Assembly: GCA_963701665.1 (NCBI GenBank)
Contig: OY969622.1
Location: forward strand, 64,001 to 128,000
Reading direction: 5' to 3'
From: Candidatus Babeliales bacterium
GTDB taxonomy: Bacteria; Babelota; Babeliae; Babelales; JANWKD01
Length of the DNA stretch: 64,000 bases
The notes below the pieces were generated by a model. That model was not told where the DNA came from. It was given only the letters and a program-made list of their open reading frames with translations, and searched no databases. Shown piece by piece: positions 10,609-19,741 of the stretch (positions are counted from its first letter, which is position 1; each line of letters opens with the position of its first letter). The position numbers were made by a program, and so were the translations under genes.

Positions 10609-11049
10609 TTAGCAAGTCGAGTGTAATAATGCTCCAACGCGTATCTTTTGTGCAGCCAATTCATTATATAATTTAACTGCTTCTGGCGTGCGCATGCGAT
10701 AAATTTTTATATTTTTGCCTTCAAGATATGTTATAGTTTCATCTTTAATTTGTAGGACTCCATCAACGCCTTCTGATAAAATTATAACATCAACATTATC
10801 AATAAAGTCAGTAAGATCGGCTATTTGGGTGCCTGGGACGTGGCGTGTACCTGTTTTATTCCAATTCCATTCTTCATGGTGGTTGGGCCAAATTCTGCAA
10901 TCTCTATATTCAGTTGCATTAACAACGATTTTTCCCCATTCAAAATGGGTAATTAATGCATTGGCTATATTTGTAGTATTGCATGAGGTAGTCATTATGG
11001 TAAATGCACAAAGTATAACGCTTAATAAAAAAATATTTGCGATTTTCAT
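10609..11049 (-). CDS. Mth938-like domain (AAMDC-like) protein with signal peptide
   Basis: WG..V...YRDCRIWP...WNW..TGTRH.PG.Q and C-terminal EAVKLYNEL...RVGALLHSTC match the AAMDC/Mth938 family. Confidence 0.85.
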   Translation of the reverse strand: MKIANIFLLSVILCAFTIMTTSCNTTNIANALITHFEWGKIVVNATEYRDCRIWPNHHEEWNWNKTGTRHVPGTQIADLTDFIDNVDVIILSEGVDGVLQIKDETITYLEGKNIKIYRMRTPEAVKLYNELAAQKIRVGALLHSTC

Positions 11050-11591
11050 TTTAAAGGCCTTTCTTTCTTATACAGTTCTAATGCATCAAGAACAAGTTTC
11101 TGCGCTTCAGCTTTATTGAAAAACTTTTCAATAACCACTTTCTTTTTTTCTAATGTCTTATAGTTTTGGAAAAATTGCTTGATCGTTTCAAGAAGATCAG
11201 TTGGCAGTTCTTCAAGAGAGGTAATGGTATTTACTGCATGATCATGCGTTGCAACAGCAATAATTTTATCATCTTGTTGCCCACCATCAATCATGTGTAT
11301 AGCGCCAATTACTGTTGCTTCAACAATACTTGAAGGGATCACTTGTTCTGAACAAATGACAATAACATCAAGAGGGTCATTGTCAGGACAATAGGTTTGG
11401 GGGATAAAGCCATAATGTACCGGATAGGTAAGATGCGTAAGTAAAACTCGATCAAGGCGTAATAAACCACTTTCTTTATCGAGCTCATATTTGGTTTTTG
11501 AGCCTTTTGTTATTTCGATAATCGTATTAACGCTTTTAGGGACATTTTCTCCTGCGCTAACCTGATGCCATGGATGCTTTATCATAGACAA
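11046..11591 (-). CDS. ppa: Soluble inorganic pyrophosphatase (family I)
   Basis: HPWH, KYELDK, YGFIPQTY, DNDPLDV, DDKIIAV. Confidence 0.95.
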   Translation of the reverse strand: MSMIKHPWHQVSAGENVPKSVNTIIEITKGSKTKYELDKESGLLRLDRVLLTHLTYPVHYGFIPQTYCPDNDPLDVIVICSEQVIPSSIVEATVIGAIHMIDGGQQDDKIIAVATHDHAVNTITSLEELPTDLLETIKQFFQNYKTLEKKKVVIEKFFNKAEAQKLVLDALELYKKERPLK

Positions 11592-11783
11592 ACCTTCCTA
11601 TTTGATGTGTGGTATTATCTTTTATTTTAACCCAATTACACAATTAAACAACAGCCTGCTTTAGGACTAAATTTTATATATTAATTGAAATAATTAACAA
11701 TATGAAATTAAGCTATTTTTCTTGGCAAGAATAGGTAAAGCTCAGGTATACTAGTATAAAAACAGTAAAAAAAAGGTGTTTTT

Positions 11784-12299
11784 ATGATTAAACAAATTGC
11801 CCTTATTATTGCCCATGTTGGTTACCAACCAATCGAATATGGTATTCCCAAAAAGATCTTCCAAGAAGCTGGCTATAAGGTAGTGACGGTGAGCGACAAA
11901 GCTGGCACCGCGCAAGCAACGGACGGCTCAAAAACCAAGGTTGATCAAGTTATTTCCAATATTGATCCGTACGACTACGAAGCGCTCGTTTTTGTTGGTG
12001 GTGGCGGCGCAATGGATCATCTTGATAATGATGCCAGTTATGCATTGATACAAAAAGCTGTGATGGCAGAAACGATACTTGCTGCAATTTGTATCGCCCC
12101 TCGCATTTTGGCAAAAGCGGGCGCGTTAGTGACGCACAATGCAACTGGATGGGATGAAGATGGCCAACTAAAAAGCATCTTTGATAAACACGCTGCAATT
12201 TATCTGAAAGCTCCTGTTGTGAAAGATAAATTAATAATTACTGCTCAAGGCCCTGCACAAGCTGCAGAATTTGCGCACGCTGTGTTATCAGAAATTTAG
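11784..12299 (+). CDS. DJ-1/PfpI family protein
   Basis: GYQPIE, VFVGGGGA, AAICIAP (nucleophile Cys), ITAQGP. Confidence 0.9.
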   Translation: MIKQIALIIAHVGYQPIEYGIPKKIFQEAGYKVVTVSDKAGTAQATDGSKTKVDQVISNIDPYDYEALVFVGGGGAMDHLDNDASYALIQKAVMAETILAAICIAPRILAKAGALVTHNATGWDEDGQLKSIFDKHAAIYLKAPVVKDKLIITAQGPAQAAEFAHAVLSEI

Positions 12300-12383
12300 T
12301 AAATAGCTAGCTGTAAAGCGCTATTGATCTTTTTATTTTCTATTGTATTATAAAATATAGTTTTTATAAACAACGAGGGACAT

Positions 12384-12767
12384 ATGAAAAAAATAACAGC
12401 GTTTTTTCTTAGCTTGTGTGTATTCAATATTGCTCATGCAATGCAGGAAAAAAATAAGGGTAAACGTCGACCTAAATCTATAGAACTTGGATCTTATTTT
12501 TTAGATCGAAACCGCCCAAAATTATCATGGGATCAAGCGGTACCTGGCATAGTAGCCGCTGTCGACGATAAAACTAATTCATTGTATTTCTCCGAAGAAT
12601 GGCTCGAACATATGGGAAAGATGGCGGACACAATTCTTTCATTAGATACATTGCTTAACAGTAGTGAGCAATTCTCAGATGATAAGTTTATCAAAAGGCA
12701 TGAGCAGCTTATTTCACAAATTGGTCCGAAAAACGATGAAGACGAATTTTGGCTCATTAAAAGTTAA
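12384..12767 (+). CDS. Hypothetical exported protein
   Basis: Signal peptide ending AHA-MQ; RBS gaggga. Confidence 0.7.
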   Translation: MKKITAFFLSLCVFNIAHAMQEKNKGKRRPKSIELGSYFLDRNRPKLSWDQAVPGIVAAVDDKTNSLYFSEEWLEHMGKMADTILSLDTLLNSSEQFSDDKFIKRHEQLISQIGPKNDEDEFWLIKS

Positions 12768-12772
12768 TAATT

Positions 12773-12815
12773 AAAATATTCCAATCATTATGTTTTTTAA
12801 TGGTTGGAATATTTT
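12773..12815. terminator. Bidirectional terminator-like hairpin
   Basis: aaaatattccaatcatta / taatggttggaatatttt between convergent genes. Confidence 0.7.
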
Positions 12816-13610
12816 TTATTTTCCTGATTTCGTTGGCGGCATTGGTGCTGTTGTTGGATGTACAGTTTTTTCACACGGTGTTGTTAATGGCGTCACCCAT
12901 TTTGTAATACGTTGCTCAACAACATCCCAATTTATATTATTTTCAAACAATTGAATGTACGACGCGCGTTTTGTACCGAAATCAATAAAATACGCGTGTT
13001 CATACACATCAAGCACGAGGAGCGGCATTACTAAAACGGGCACTGTTTGATTGTGCGCATCGAGGGTGAAGTTATGAATTCTGTTATCGTCGAGTGAATA
13101 TCCAGTAATTACCCAGCCGCGCGCAGAAAGTCCGCACGCGTTCAGATCATTTTTGTAGGCATCAAGCGATCCGAACGCTTCTAGAATGAGTTCCATCATC
13201 TGATCGCCAGGTTTGTTCGATTTTTTTCCACTTATATTTTCAAAATAAAGACGATGTAAAATATCACCATTCATGGCAAATGTTTCAGCAACTTTTAAAG
13301 AACGAAATTGTGAATACGTCGTACTGGTTGGATTGGTTGTATTGATTGTATTGAGCGTTTGTTCAATTTCATTTCGTTTTGCAACATATCCCTGATATAA
13401 CGTCATATGCTCTGCAATTTGATCGGTGGTGAGCCATGGAATTTGATCAAATTTAAATTTTTGTGCTTCATAAATTGGCAATGGTAACTTTTTTGACATT
13501 GATGCAAACGCAGGATCAATGAGAGGTGCCGGTGCACCCTTTTTATCAGCACATATATAAAAACTTTGCGCAATACACCATATAAATATGTATAAATTAT
13601 TTTTTTTCAT
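12816..13610 (-). CDS. Fe/Mn superoxide dismutase with N-terminal signal-like extension
   Basis: AEHMTLYQGYV, NGDILHRLYF and LDVYEHAY metal-ligand motifs. Confidence 0.9.
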   Translation of the reverse strand: MKKNNLYIFIWCIAQSFYICADKKGAPAPLIDPAFASMSKKLPLPIYEAQKFKFDQIPWLTTDQIAEHMTLYQGYVAKRNEIEQTLNTINTTNPTSTTYSQFRSLKVAETFAMNGDILHRLYFENISGKKSNKPGDQMMELILEAFGSLDAYKNDLNACGLSARGWVITGYSLDDNRIHNFTLDAHNQTVPVLVMPLLVLDVYEHAYFIDFGTKRASYIQLFENNINWDVVEQRITKWVTPLTTPCEKTVHPTTAPMPPTKSGK

Positions 13611-13659
13611 TATTTTCTCCCATCTTGTGATGGTAGCAGTATAGAAAATGTATCACATG

Positions 13660-14475
13660 TTACGCAAGTGAAAAAAAATCATCACTTTTTTTCAGAAATC
13701 CTTCTGCAAGCAAATCTTCTATAGCATTCTCAATGCGCATCGGTTCGCGCTCTATGAGTAATTTGAATTGTGCGATGGTGAGTGTTTGCTCACGGGAAAG
13801 TAATTTGAGTATCGTGCCGCGGATTTGCCGATCGGATCCTTCAAATTTACTTTGTTTTGTATGATGTTTGCTCAAGCGACTTGGATTTATAGTGGTTTTT
13901 TTGAGCATAACGCCATAATCCATGAGCGCATAATACCATTCGCGTGGATGTTCATGATCGAGCGTTTCTTGAACGAGCGGCAGAAGTTGTTGATCAGAAA
14001 TTGCACGCGCGTTACTGAAAAAACAAAAAATAAAAACCGTGCGAATATTTGTCTCAATAAAAATTGTAGGTTTATCATAAGCGAACGCAACGATTGATGC
14101 AGCTGTTGCTTTGCCAATACCGGGAAGTGTAACGAGCGTTTCAGGATTATCGGGAACGATACCATTATGTTCTTGTACAATTATTTGTGCCGTACGGTGC
14201 AATGCAAGTGCGCGCCTATTGTAGCCGAGGCCTTGCCATTGTTTTATGACATCAGATTGTGGCGCGTGCGCCAAAGTCTCTAACGAGGGAAAATAGTTCA
14301 TGAACTGTTCATATTTTGGTTGCACGCGATATGTTTGTGTCTGTTGGAGCATAATCTCTGAAATGAGCACGCCATAAGGATTTTCGATGTTTCGCCATGG
14401 AAACTCCCGCTTGTGCTGATAATAATAGTGCCAAATAGTTTTTTTAAACTCTGAAAGTTGTTTTTCTGAATACAT
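13660..14475 (-). CDS. mutY: A/G-specific adenine glycosylase (short MutY, HhH-GPD)
   Basis: REFPWR, SEIMLQQTQ, WQGLGYNRRA, LPGIGKATA; start moved to MYSEKQ at 14475 to avoid overlap with the divergent gene. Confidence 0.88.
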   Translation of the reverse strand: MYSEKQLSEFKKTIWHYYYQHKREFPWRNIENPYGVLISEIMLQQTQTYRVQPKYEQFMNYFPSLETLAHAPQSDVIKQWQGLGYNRRALALHRTAQIIVQEHNGIVPDNPETLVTLPGIGKATAASIVAFAYDKPTIFIETNIRTVFIFCFFSNARAISDQQLLPLVQETLDHEHPREWYYALMDYGVMLKKTTINPSRLSKHHTKQSKFEGSDRQIRGTILKLLSREQTLTIAQFKLLIEREPMRIENAIEDLLAEGFLKKSDDFFSLA

Positions 14476-14583
14476 GCTAAGAGCCACGCAAATTTTTTTT
14501 ACCAAAAATGATGAATTAGTGATAAGACTTCTTGTATACAATAAGTATAGCACACGCAAAAAAATATTTTTAAAAAAAAAGGA

Positions 14584-15381
14584 GTGAAAAATATGCATGC
14601 TCTTAGTTTGTTTTCTTCAATTTTCATGCAATCTGCGGCAGTCATTTTTGTGTTCATGACATGCGCATTCGGCATTTCACGCTGGATGAGAAAAATATCA
14701 ATCGTTGATTGCTGTTGCTGGGGTTTGGGCTTTGTCATACTCAGTTGGTATCTTTTGATAATGCACGGTGACATGTGCAGCAGGCAAATATTAATGATAA
14801 TACTAATCACCGTGTGGGGATTACGATTAAGTGCGCATATTTTTATGCGTAGTTGTGGCAAACCGGAAGATATTCGTTATGCAAAATTAATTGAGTCGTG
14901 GCATTTGAACCGAAATTTGCAAATTTATGTAAAAATTTTTTTGGTGCAAGGTTTTTTCATGTTTCTCATTGCTGTTCCAATTATGCTTATAGTACGTGAT
15001 TGCAGCAAAGAGCTCACTATGCTTGATTATGTTGGCGTTGTGGTATGGTTTGTAGGATTTTTATTTGAGAGTGTCAGTGATTACCAATTGCAACTTTTTT
15101 TACAAAGCCCAGAAAACAAAGGAAGGATTATGCGCACTGGTTTATGGGCGTATACGCGTCATCCGAATTATTTTGGCGAAGTAGTTATGTGGTGGGGAAT
15201 CTTTTTAATTGCGCTCAATGCTCAATACGGCATTTTTGCGCTCGTTAGCCCATTAGCAATTTCATGGTTATTATATGTATCATGTATTCCAAAGCTTGAA
15301 AAACATTTGGAAAGCAATGCCGAATTTCAGGCATATAAACGATCAACGAGTGTTTTTTTTCCATGGAGATTTGGGAAGTAA
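14584..15381 (+). CDS. DUF1295 / steroid 5-alpha-reductase-like membrane protein
   Basis: WGLRL, EDIRY, ESVSDYQL, GLWAYTRHPNYFGE, Y..STSVFFPW. Confidence 0.9.
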   Translation: MKNMHALSLFSSIFMQSAAVIFVFMTCAFGISRWMRKISIVDCCCWGLGFVILSWYLLIMHGDMCSRQILMIILITVWGLRLSAHIFMRSCGKPEDIRYAKLIESWHLNRNLQIYVKIFLVQGFFMFLIAVPIMLIVRDCSKELTMLDYVGVVVWFVGFLFESVSDYQLQLFLQSPENKGRIMRTGLWAYTRHPNYFGEVVMWWGIFLIALNAQYGIFALVSPLAISWLLYVSCIPKLEKHLESNAEFQAYKRSTSVFFPWRFGK

Positions 15382-15727
15382 AAAGATATTTGTTGATACA
15401 AATGTCTTAAACTAAAAAACAAAAATCATTTCTCTTTTATTTTTTATGTTTACCTTTCGCAAGGTATGCGGCCCTGTGCGGGCAGCACCCTCCTATGCTT
15501 ATCCACGCCTTCCGGCTTGGCAAGTTACGTAGGACAGGCCAATGTATTGCGTGCCCAATACATTGGATACAAGGGCAAATAAGAGTGCAAGCCTCTTATT
15601 TATCTCCCTAACGCAAACAAGTCGACCTTGCGCATTATCATGCGGCAAGGTCTCCGACATGTTGTGCTTATATGGAAATCGATTTATCAGATGCTTACGA
15701 TTGCAAGTTAACTTCTTAAACAACAGC

Positions 15728-15770
15728 GTCATTCCGAGGCGAAGCCGTGGGAACCCAGAACTTAATTAAA
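15728..15770. repeat. Palindromic element copy 1 (left arm only)
   Basis: gtcattccgaggcgaagccgtgggaacccagaactt nearly identical to 37376-37411; cut off at the IS200 end. Confidence 0.8.
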
Positions 15771-16323
15771 CAACACACGGCTTAAAAGCCGTGGATTTAG
15801 AAGCACGAGATGAAAGCTTTTTATTGATTTCTAACATAATTGAGAATTGTCTCTTCCGAACAATGTCCAAATGTTTCGGAGAAATATCCATCCGCCCAAA
15901 AATCATTACCCCACAAAAATTTCTTTATTTCAGGCAATTCAGTTCTAAGCATTTTACTTGAAATGCCTTTGAGTAGTTGAACGGCCTTGCTCACACTTAT
16001 ACTTGGTGGTAACTGTATTACAAGATGTACATGGTCTATCTGAATATTTAATTCCTGAATTTCCCATGCATTAATTTCTGCACATTCTCGCAAGAGTTCT
16101 CCTAACCTACTCTTAACGTTTCCTTCTAATACTTTTTTTCTATATTTCGGTAACCAAACTATATGATACATGTGCCTATGTGTTGTATGCGCTCCGTGCC
16201 AATATTTCTTTGCCATACCATTAGTATGACAAAACGAACCTCGCTTCGCAAAAATTTACATTTTTGCTTTACTCGCGCATTTGATGACATTCATCCCCAG
16301 GTTTAAAACCCTGGGGTTTTCTG
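15766..16323 (-). mobile_element. Minimal IS200/IS605-family element (tnpA only)
   Basis: tnpA flanked by subterminal hairpins cacggcttaaaagccgtg (~15776-15793) and ccccaggtttaaaaccctgggg (~16295-16316); exact ends approximate. Confidence 0.8.
15821..16216 (-). CDS. tnpA: IS200/IS605 family Y1 transposase
   Basis: YHIVWLPKYRKKVL, HUH motif DHVHL, KGISS, FWADGYF, catalytic Tyr in NYVRNQ. Confidence 0.95.
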   Translation of the reverse strand: MAKKYWHGAHTTHRHMYHIVWLPKYRKKVLEGNVKSRLGELLRECAEINAWEIQELNIQIDHVHLVIQLPPSISVSKAVQLLKGISSKMLRTELPEIKKFLWGNDFWADGYFSETFGHCSEETILNYVRNQ

Positions 16324-16325
16324 TC

Positions 16326-17336
16326 ATGGAAATAATTTATGTGAACGGTAAGAATAATGCTCAATATGTATTGGATACTCTATATCGTTTATTCAAGGAC
16401 GTTGAAGGTCTAGATATTGCTCCTCGCTATAATGAAAAAATTACTAGTCTCATTTACTATGCACAAAGCCATGGTGATCGGAAGGTGCTATACCCGCAAG
16501 AATACGTACAGCCAAACATGGAAGTATTCGCACCAGATTATGTTGATCCAGAACATCCCGTTGATTATCGTTTGAATAATCCTGCAAAAGGGAATTTATC
16601 GGTATTGTTTCCTAAAACACAAATAGAAGAACAGCAATTGCCTAAACGATTAACTAATATTTCTTATGAGAGTTTTAAAGGAAGCCGTCAATTTCAGACA
16701 TATCCTGAACAATTAATGCCTTTGAATAAGGCATTAAATATAGATGCCGGTGGATATTATCAGAATGGCTATATCTATATTGCAGCTAAAGAAGGATTTA
16801 ATGGTCCAGAAGCTAGAGATTTAGCAGAGGGTGTTAAAGAACGGTCTGTACAAGAGTATAAAATTCATCTTATGCCAAAAAGTGCTGATGATGTAATGCT
16901 TATACTTGAAAATATTTTCAAAGAAGCAACAATACATGAAAAATTAAAGAATGTAATTCATAATATGAAGTTCAAGCCCGGCATTGATTTTTCTTTATCA
17001 AAAGGGGATATGGAAAAACAGTTGTATAAATCAGGCACTCATGAAATTATTCCTATCATAGTAATATATGTGAACGGCAAGAATAATGCTCAATACGCAC
17101 TGGATACTCTATATCGTTTATTCAAGGACGTTGAAGGTCTAGATATTACTCCTCGCTATAATGAAAGAATTACTAGTCTCATTTACTATGCACAAGGTAA
17201 TGGTGATGAGAAGGAGCATTACCCGCAAGATTATGTACAGCCAAATATGGAAGTATTCGTGCCAGATTATGTTGATCCAGAACATCCCATTGATTATCAT
17301 TTGCGCAATCCTGCAATTGATAATGAGATCAAGTAA
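16326..17336 (+). CDS. 5'-truncated tandem-domain hypothetical protein (possible pseudogene)
   Basis: An ~85-aa block occurs twice; first 15 codons of the 16281 ORF are IS hairpin sequence; in-frame ATG at 16326. Confidence 0.6.
   Translation: MEIIYVNGKNNAQYVLDTLYRLFKDVEGLDIAPRYNEKITSLIYYAQSHGDRKVLYPQEYVQPNMEVFAPDYVDPEHPVDYRLNNPAKGNLSVLFPKTQIEEQQLPKRLTNISYESFKGSRQFQTYPEQLMPLNKALNIDAGGYYQNGYIYIAAKEGFNGPEARDLAEGVKERSVQEYKIHLMPKSADDVMLILENIFKEATIHEKLKNVIHNMKFKPGIDFSLSKGDMEKQLYKSGTHEIIPIIVIYVNGKNNAQYALDTLYRLFKDVEGLDITPRYNERITSLIYYAQGNGDEKEHYPQDYVQPNMEVFVPDYVDPEHPIDYHLRNPAIDNEIK
16333..17316 (+). repeat. Intragenic direct repeat of ~255 bp, period 729 bp
   Basis: 16333-16587 matches 17062-17316 at high nucleotide identity. 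Confidence 0.9.
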
Positions 17337-17511
17337 TATTATTTCAGTCCTTGTAACAAGTTCAATTTGTGAAACTCCCGACTAGACATTCTACAGCTAG
17401 AGAGTGAAATATCCTCTCGGGCTTTTTTCATATCAAAACCCTTGCTATCTTCTTTTATGATTATGTAAAATCTCCTTGAGGCATACCGTTCATTAAAAAA
17501 GGGGTACTGTT

Positions 17512-18204
17512 ATGAAAAAAATTTTAGTTATCGTACTGTTATTTTTCTCGTGTTCATTGCAAAGCATGCAAGAAATAATGCGAGCACAACCGACTAGTAA
17601 AAAAATGGCGCAAAAAATGCTTGTGAGGGGCTTTATTGAACATCAAAAAGGAAAATCCAAAGATATCGAAGAAAGAGAACTTACCACGCAAGCCTTTGTC
17701 CAAAACATTGATAACATAGTTATCGAAAACGGCTTCAATAGCACAGAAAGACAGGAATTAGCAAAGACGAACGATGAATTACGTATGCATGATGTCAATG
17801 ATGACCAAACATTTATCGGCCTTTATGAATTAGCACGATTTGCAAATGTCTTACTGAGCAAAATTGCAACTAAACAACCCAAATCTATGCCAATCTATCT
17901 TGAGCAAACTTTTGTACTCGGAAGGTTGTCAACATTGGCAGCAAAAATAGCCTGTGATCAATTAGACGAAGAAATACTTTCTCAGCAAATGTCAGAATAT
18001 TATGTTGTAAGTCCTCGACCAAAGATAACCGCTCAATCTCCTTTTGCAAAAAAATCTCACAAAACTTCTAAAAAAGTAAGAATACAGGAACCCGAAGATT
18101 CAACGCCAAGATTCATTCTAGCTGAAATTCCAAAGGCACAGTTGAAAGCGGTAATTGCAAACCCGGACAAGTTCTTCGAAGAAGATTTGGAAGAAGTTGC
18201 ATAA
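17512..18204 (+). CDS. Hypothetical exported protein
   Basis: Signal peptide MKKILVIVLLFFSCSLQS-MQ; RBS agggg. Confidence 0.7.
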   Translation: MKKILVIVLLFFSCSLQSMQEIMRAQPTSKKMAQKMLVRGFIEHQKGKSKDIEERELTTQAFVQNIDNIVIENGFNSTERQELAKTNDELRMHDVNDDQTFIGLYELARFANVLLSKIATKQPKSMPIYLEQTFVLGRLSTLAAKIACDQLDEEILSQQMSEYYVVSPRPKITAQSPFAKKSHKTSKKVRIQEPEDSTPRFILAEIPKAQLKAVIANPDKFFEEDLEEVA

Positions 18205-18205
18205 T

Positions 18206-18832
18206 TTACATTTGCAGCAACACTGCGCGTGCGGGCGCACCGTCAACATGCATAATTGCGAGCGGTAAACAGACGAGCACGTAATGCCCTTCGTGAACGT
18301 GTGCAAGGCGAAGTCCTTCAAGAATGCCACATCCTTTACTCAGTAATAATTTGTGGGTTTCATGCTCTGGTTGATTACGCTCAATACCTAAATAATCTAT
18401 GCCGATCGTTTTTATGTTTTGCTTCACTAAATATTCTGCACCACTTTTATCAAGATACACAAATTCAGCGTTAAATGGCGCATCATTGGCCAATGAACTA
18501 TTTTTGGTTTTGAATACTATAATTTCTTGATATTCGAATGTGTACTTTTTAAGTACCGATTCAGAAATAACCGCAACATCATCGTCGAGTGCAATGACGC
18601 GGCATGGCCCCAGATACTGTGTCAAAGGAATTTGATCGATGCTTTTGCCATCTTTTAAAAAATGAAGCGGAGCATCAACGTGCGTTCCTGCATGCGTGTG
18701 CATTGTCACCCGATGTTCTGTGGCATCACTCGAGCTTTTGGAAATGTTTTCGAGGGTAATTTTATTGTTATTCTTGTAGGTAGTCATGTGTTCAGTAATT
18801 GGCCAACTGATATCAATAATATTCATAAGCAT
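18206..18832 (-). CDS. Cyclase-family (KynB-like) metal-dependent hydrolase
   Basis: HTHAGTHVDAPLHF, IGIDY, ILEGL, DGAPARAV. Confidence 0.9.
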   Translation of the reverse strand: MLMNIIDISWPITEHMTTYKNNNKITLENISKSSSDATEHRVTMHTHAGTHVDAPLHFLKDGKSIDQIPLTQYLGPCRVIALDDDVAVISESVLKKYTFEYQEIIVFKTKNSSLANDAPFNAEFVYLDKSGAEYLVKQNIKTIGIDYLGIERNQPEHETHKLLLSKGCGILEGLRLAHVHEGHYVLVCLPLAIMHVDGAPARAVLLQM

Positions 18833-18838
18833 TAACCC

Positions 18839-19741
18839 TTATACTTTTTTGAATGGATGACCGCCAAACTGATTGCGCAACAGGGCAACGATTTTTGTGG
18901 CATAATTGCCGCCAGTGCGCACCGACCATTCACGAATTTTTACTGAATCTTCAATCAAAGGTACGGGTACTTTTTTTTCATGCGCTTCTTGTACCGTCCA
19001 TATACCAGTGCCGTTTGAGGCGATTTCACCCGATACATTCTTTAATTCTTGATCATGTGCAAAAATGTTCTCTGCCAATTCCAAAATCCATGAACGTATA
19101 ACAGCACCATTATCCCAAACTGATGCAATTTTTTCTAAATCAAGTTGGGGATAGCTGCCATTTTTGAGCAATGAAAATCCTTCTGCATACGATTCTAATA
19201 AAGCATATTCAATGCCATTGTGCACCATCTTTACATAATGTCCTGCACCTGAAGGACCGAGATAGGCATATCCATGTGGCGCAGCCAACGTACTAAACAC
19301 TCTTTCTAGATTAAGAAATGCAGCATGATCACCACCGATCATAATTGAAAAACCTGTCTCGCGTCCATGAATGCCGCCTGAAACACCACAATCAAGGAAT
19401 GATACTGAAAGCGTTTCCAACTCTTTTGCACGGCGTACAGAATCCGTAAAATGACTATTGCCGCCATCAACGATGATAGCGCCTGGCTTTAACAATGGAC
19501 GCATTTGCTCAAGAACAGAATCAATGATTGCACCAGCCGGCACCATTAACCATGCAACTTGAGTTTGCTGTAAAATAAGTTCTGCACGATCAACAAGTTC
19601 ACCGCCTAAAGCAGCTAACTCATTCCGTGCTTGCGTATTTGTATCAAAACCGACGACGTGAAAACCTGCTTTTAATAATCTGAAAGCAATAGCATTGCCC
19701 ATTTTTCCAAGACCAATAATGCCAATTTTCATGATTGCCAC
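18839..19741 (-). CDS. gnd: 6-phosphogluconate dehydrogenase (short decarboxylating type)
   Basis: GLGKMG, VDGGNS, DCGVSGG, GAGHYVKMVHNGIEY, LRNQFGGH. Confidence 0.95.
   Translation of the reverse strand: MAIMKIGIIGLGKMGNAIAFRLLKAGFHVVGFDTNTQARNELAALGGELVDRAELILQQTQVAWLMVPAGAIIDSVLEQMRPLLKPGAIIVDGGNSHFTDSVRRAKELETLSVSFLDCGVSGGIHGRETGFSIMIGGDHAAFLNLERVFSTLAAPHGYAYLGPSGAGHYVKMVHNGIEYALLESYAEGFSLLKNGSYPQLDLEKIASVWDNGAVIRSWILELAENIFAHDQELKNVSGEIASNGTGIWTVQEAHEKKVPVPLIEDSVKIREWSVRTGGNYATKIVALLRNQFGGHPFKKV

Noticed and set aside
15499..15769. Short overlapping ORFs 15499-15732 (-) and 15542-15769 (+)
   Set aside because: They run through hairpin and repeat DNA and have no protein-like features
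15821..16216. Transposase considered as a REP-associated RAYT
   Set aside because: N-terminal HIVW.PKYR and the subterminal hairpins fit IS200/IS605 TnpA better
16333..17316. Repeat pairs (here and at secA) considered as DGR template/variable repeats
   Set aside because: No reverse transcriptase in the window and mismatches are not adenine-specific; at secA they are mostly synonymous
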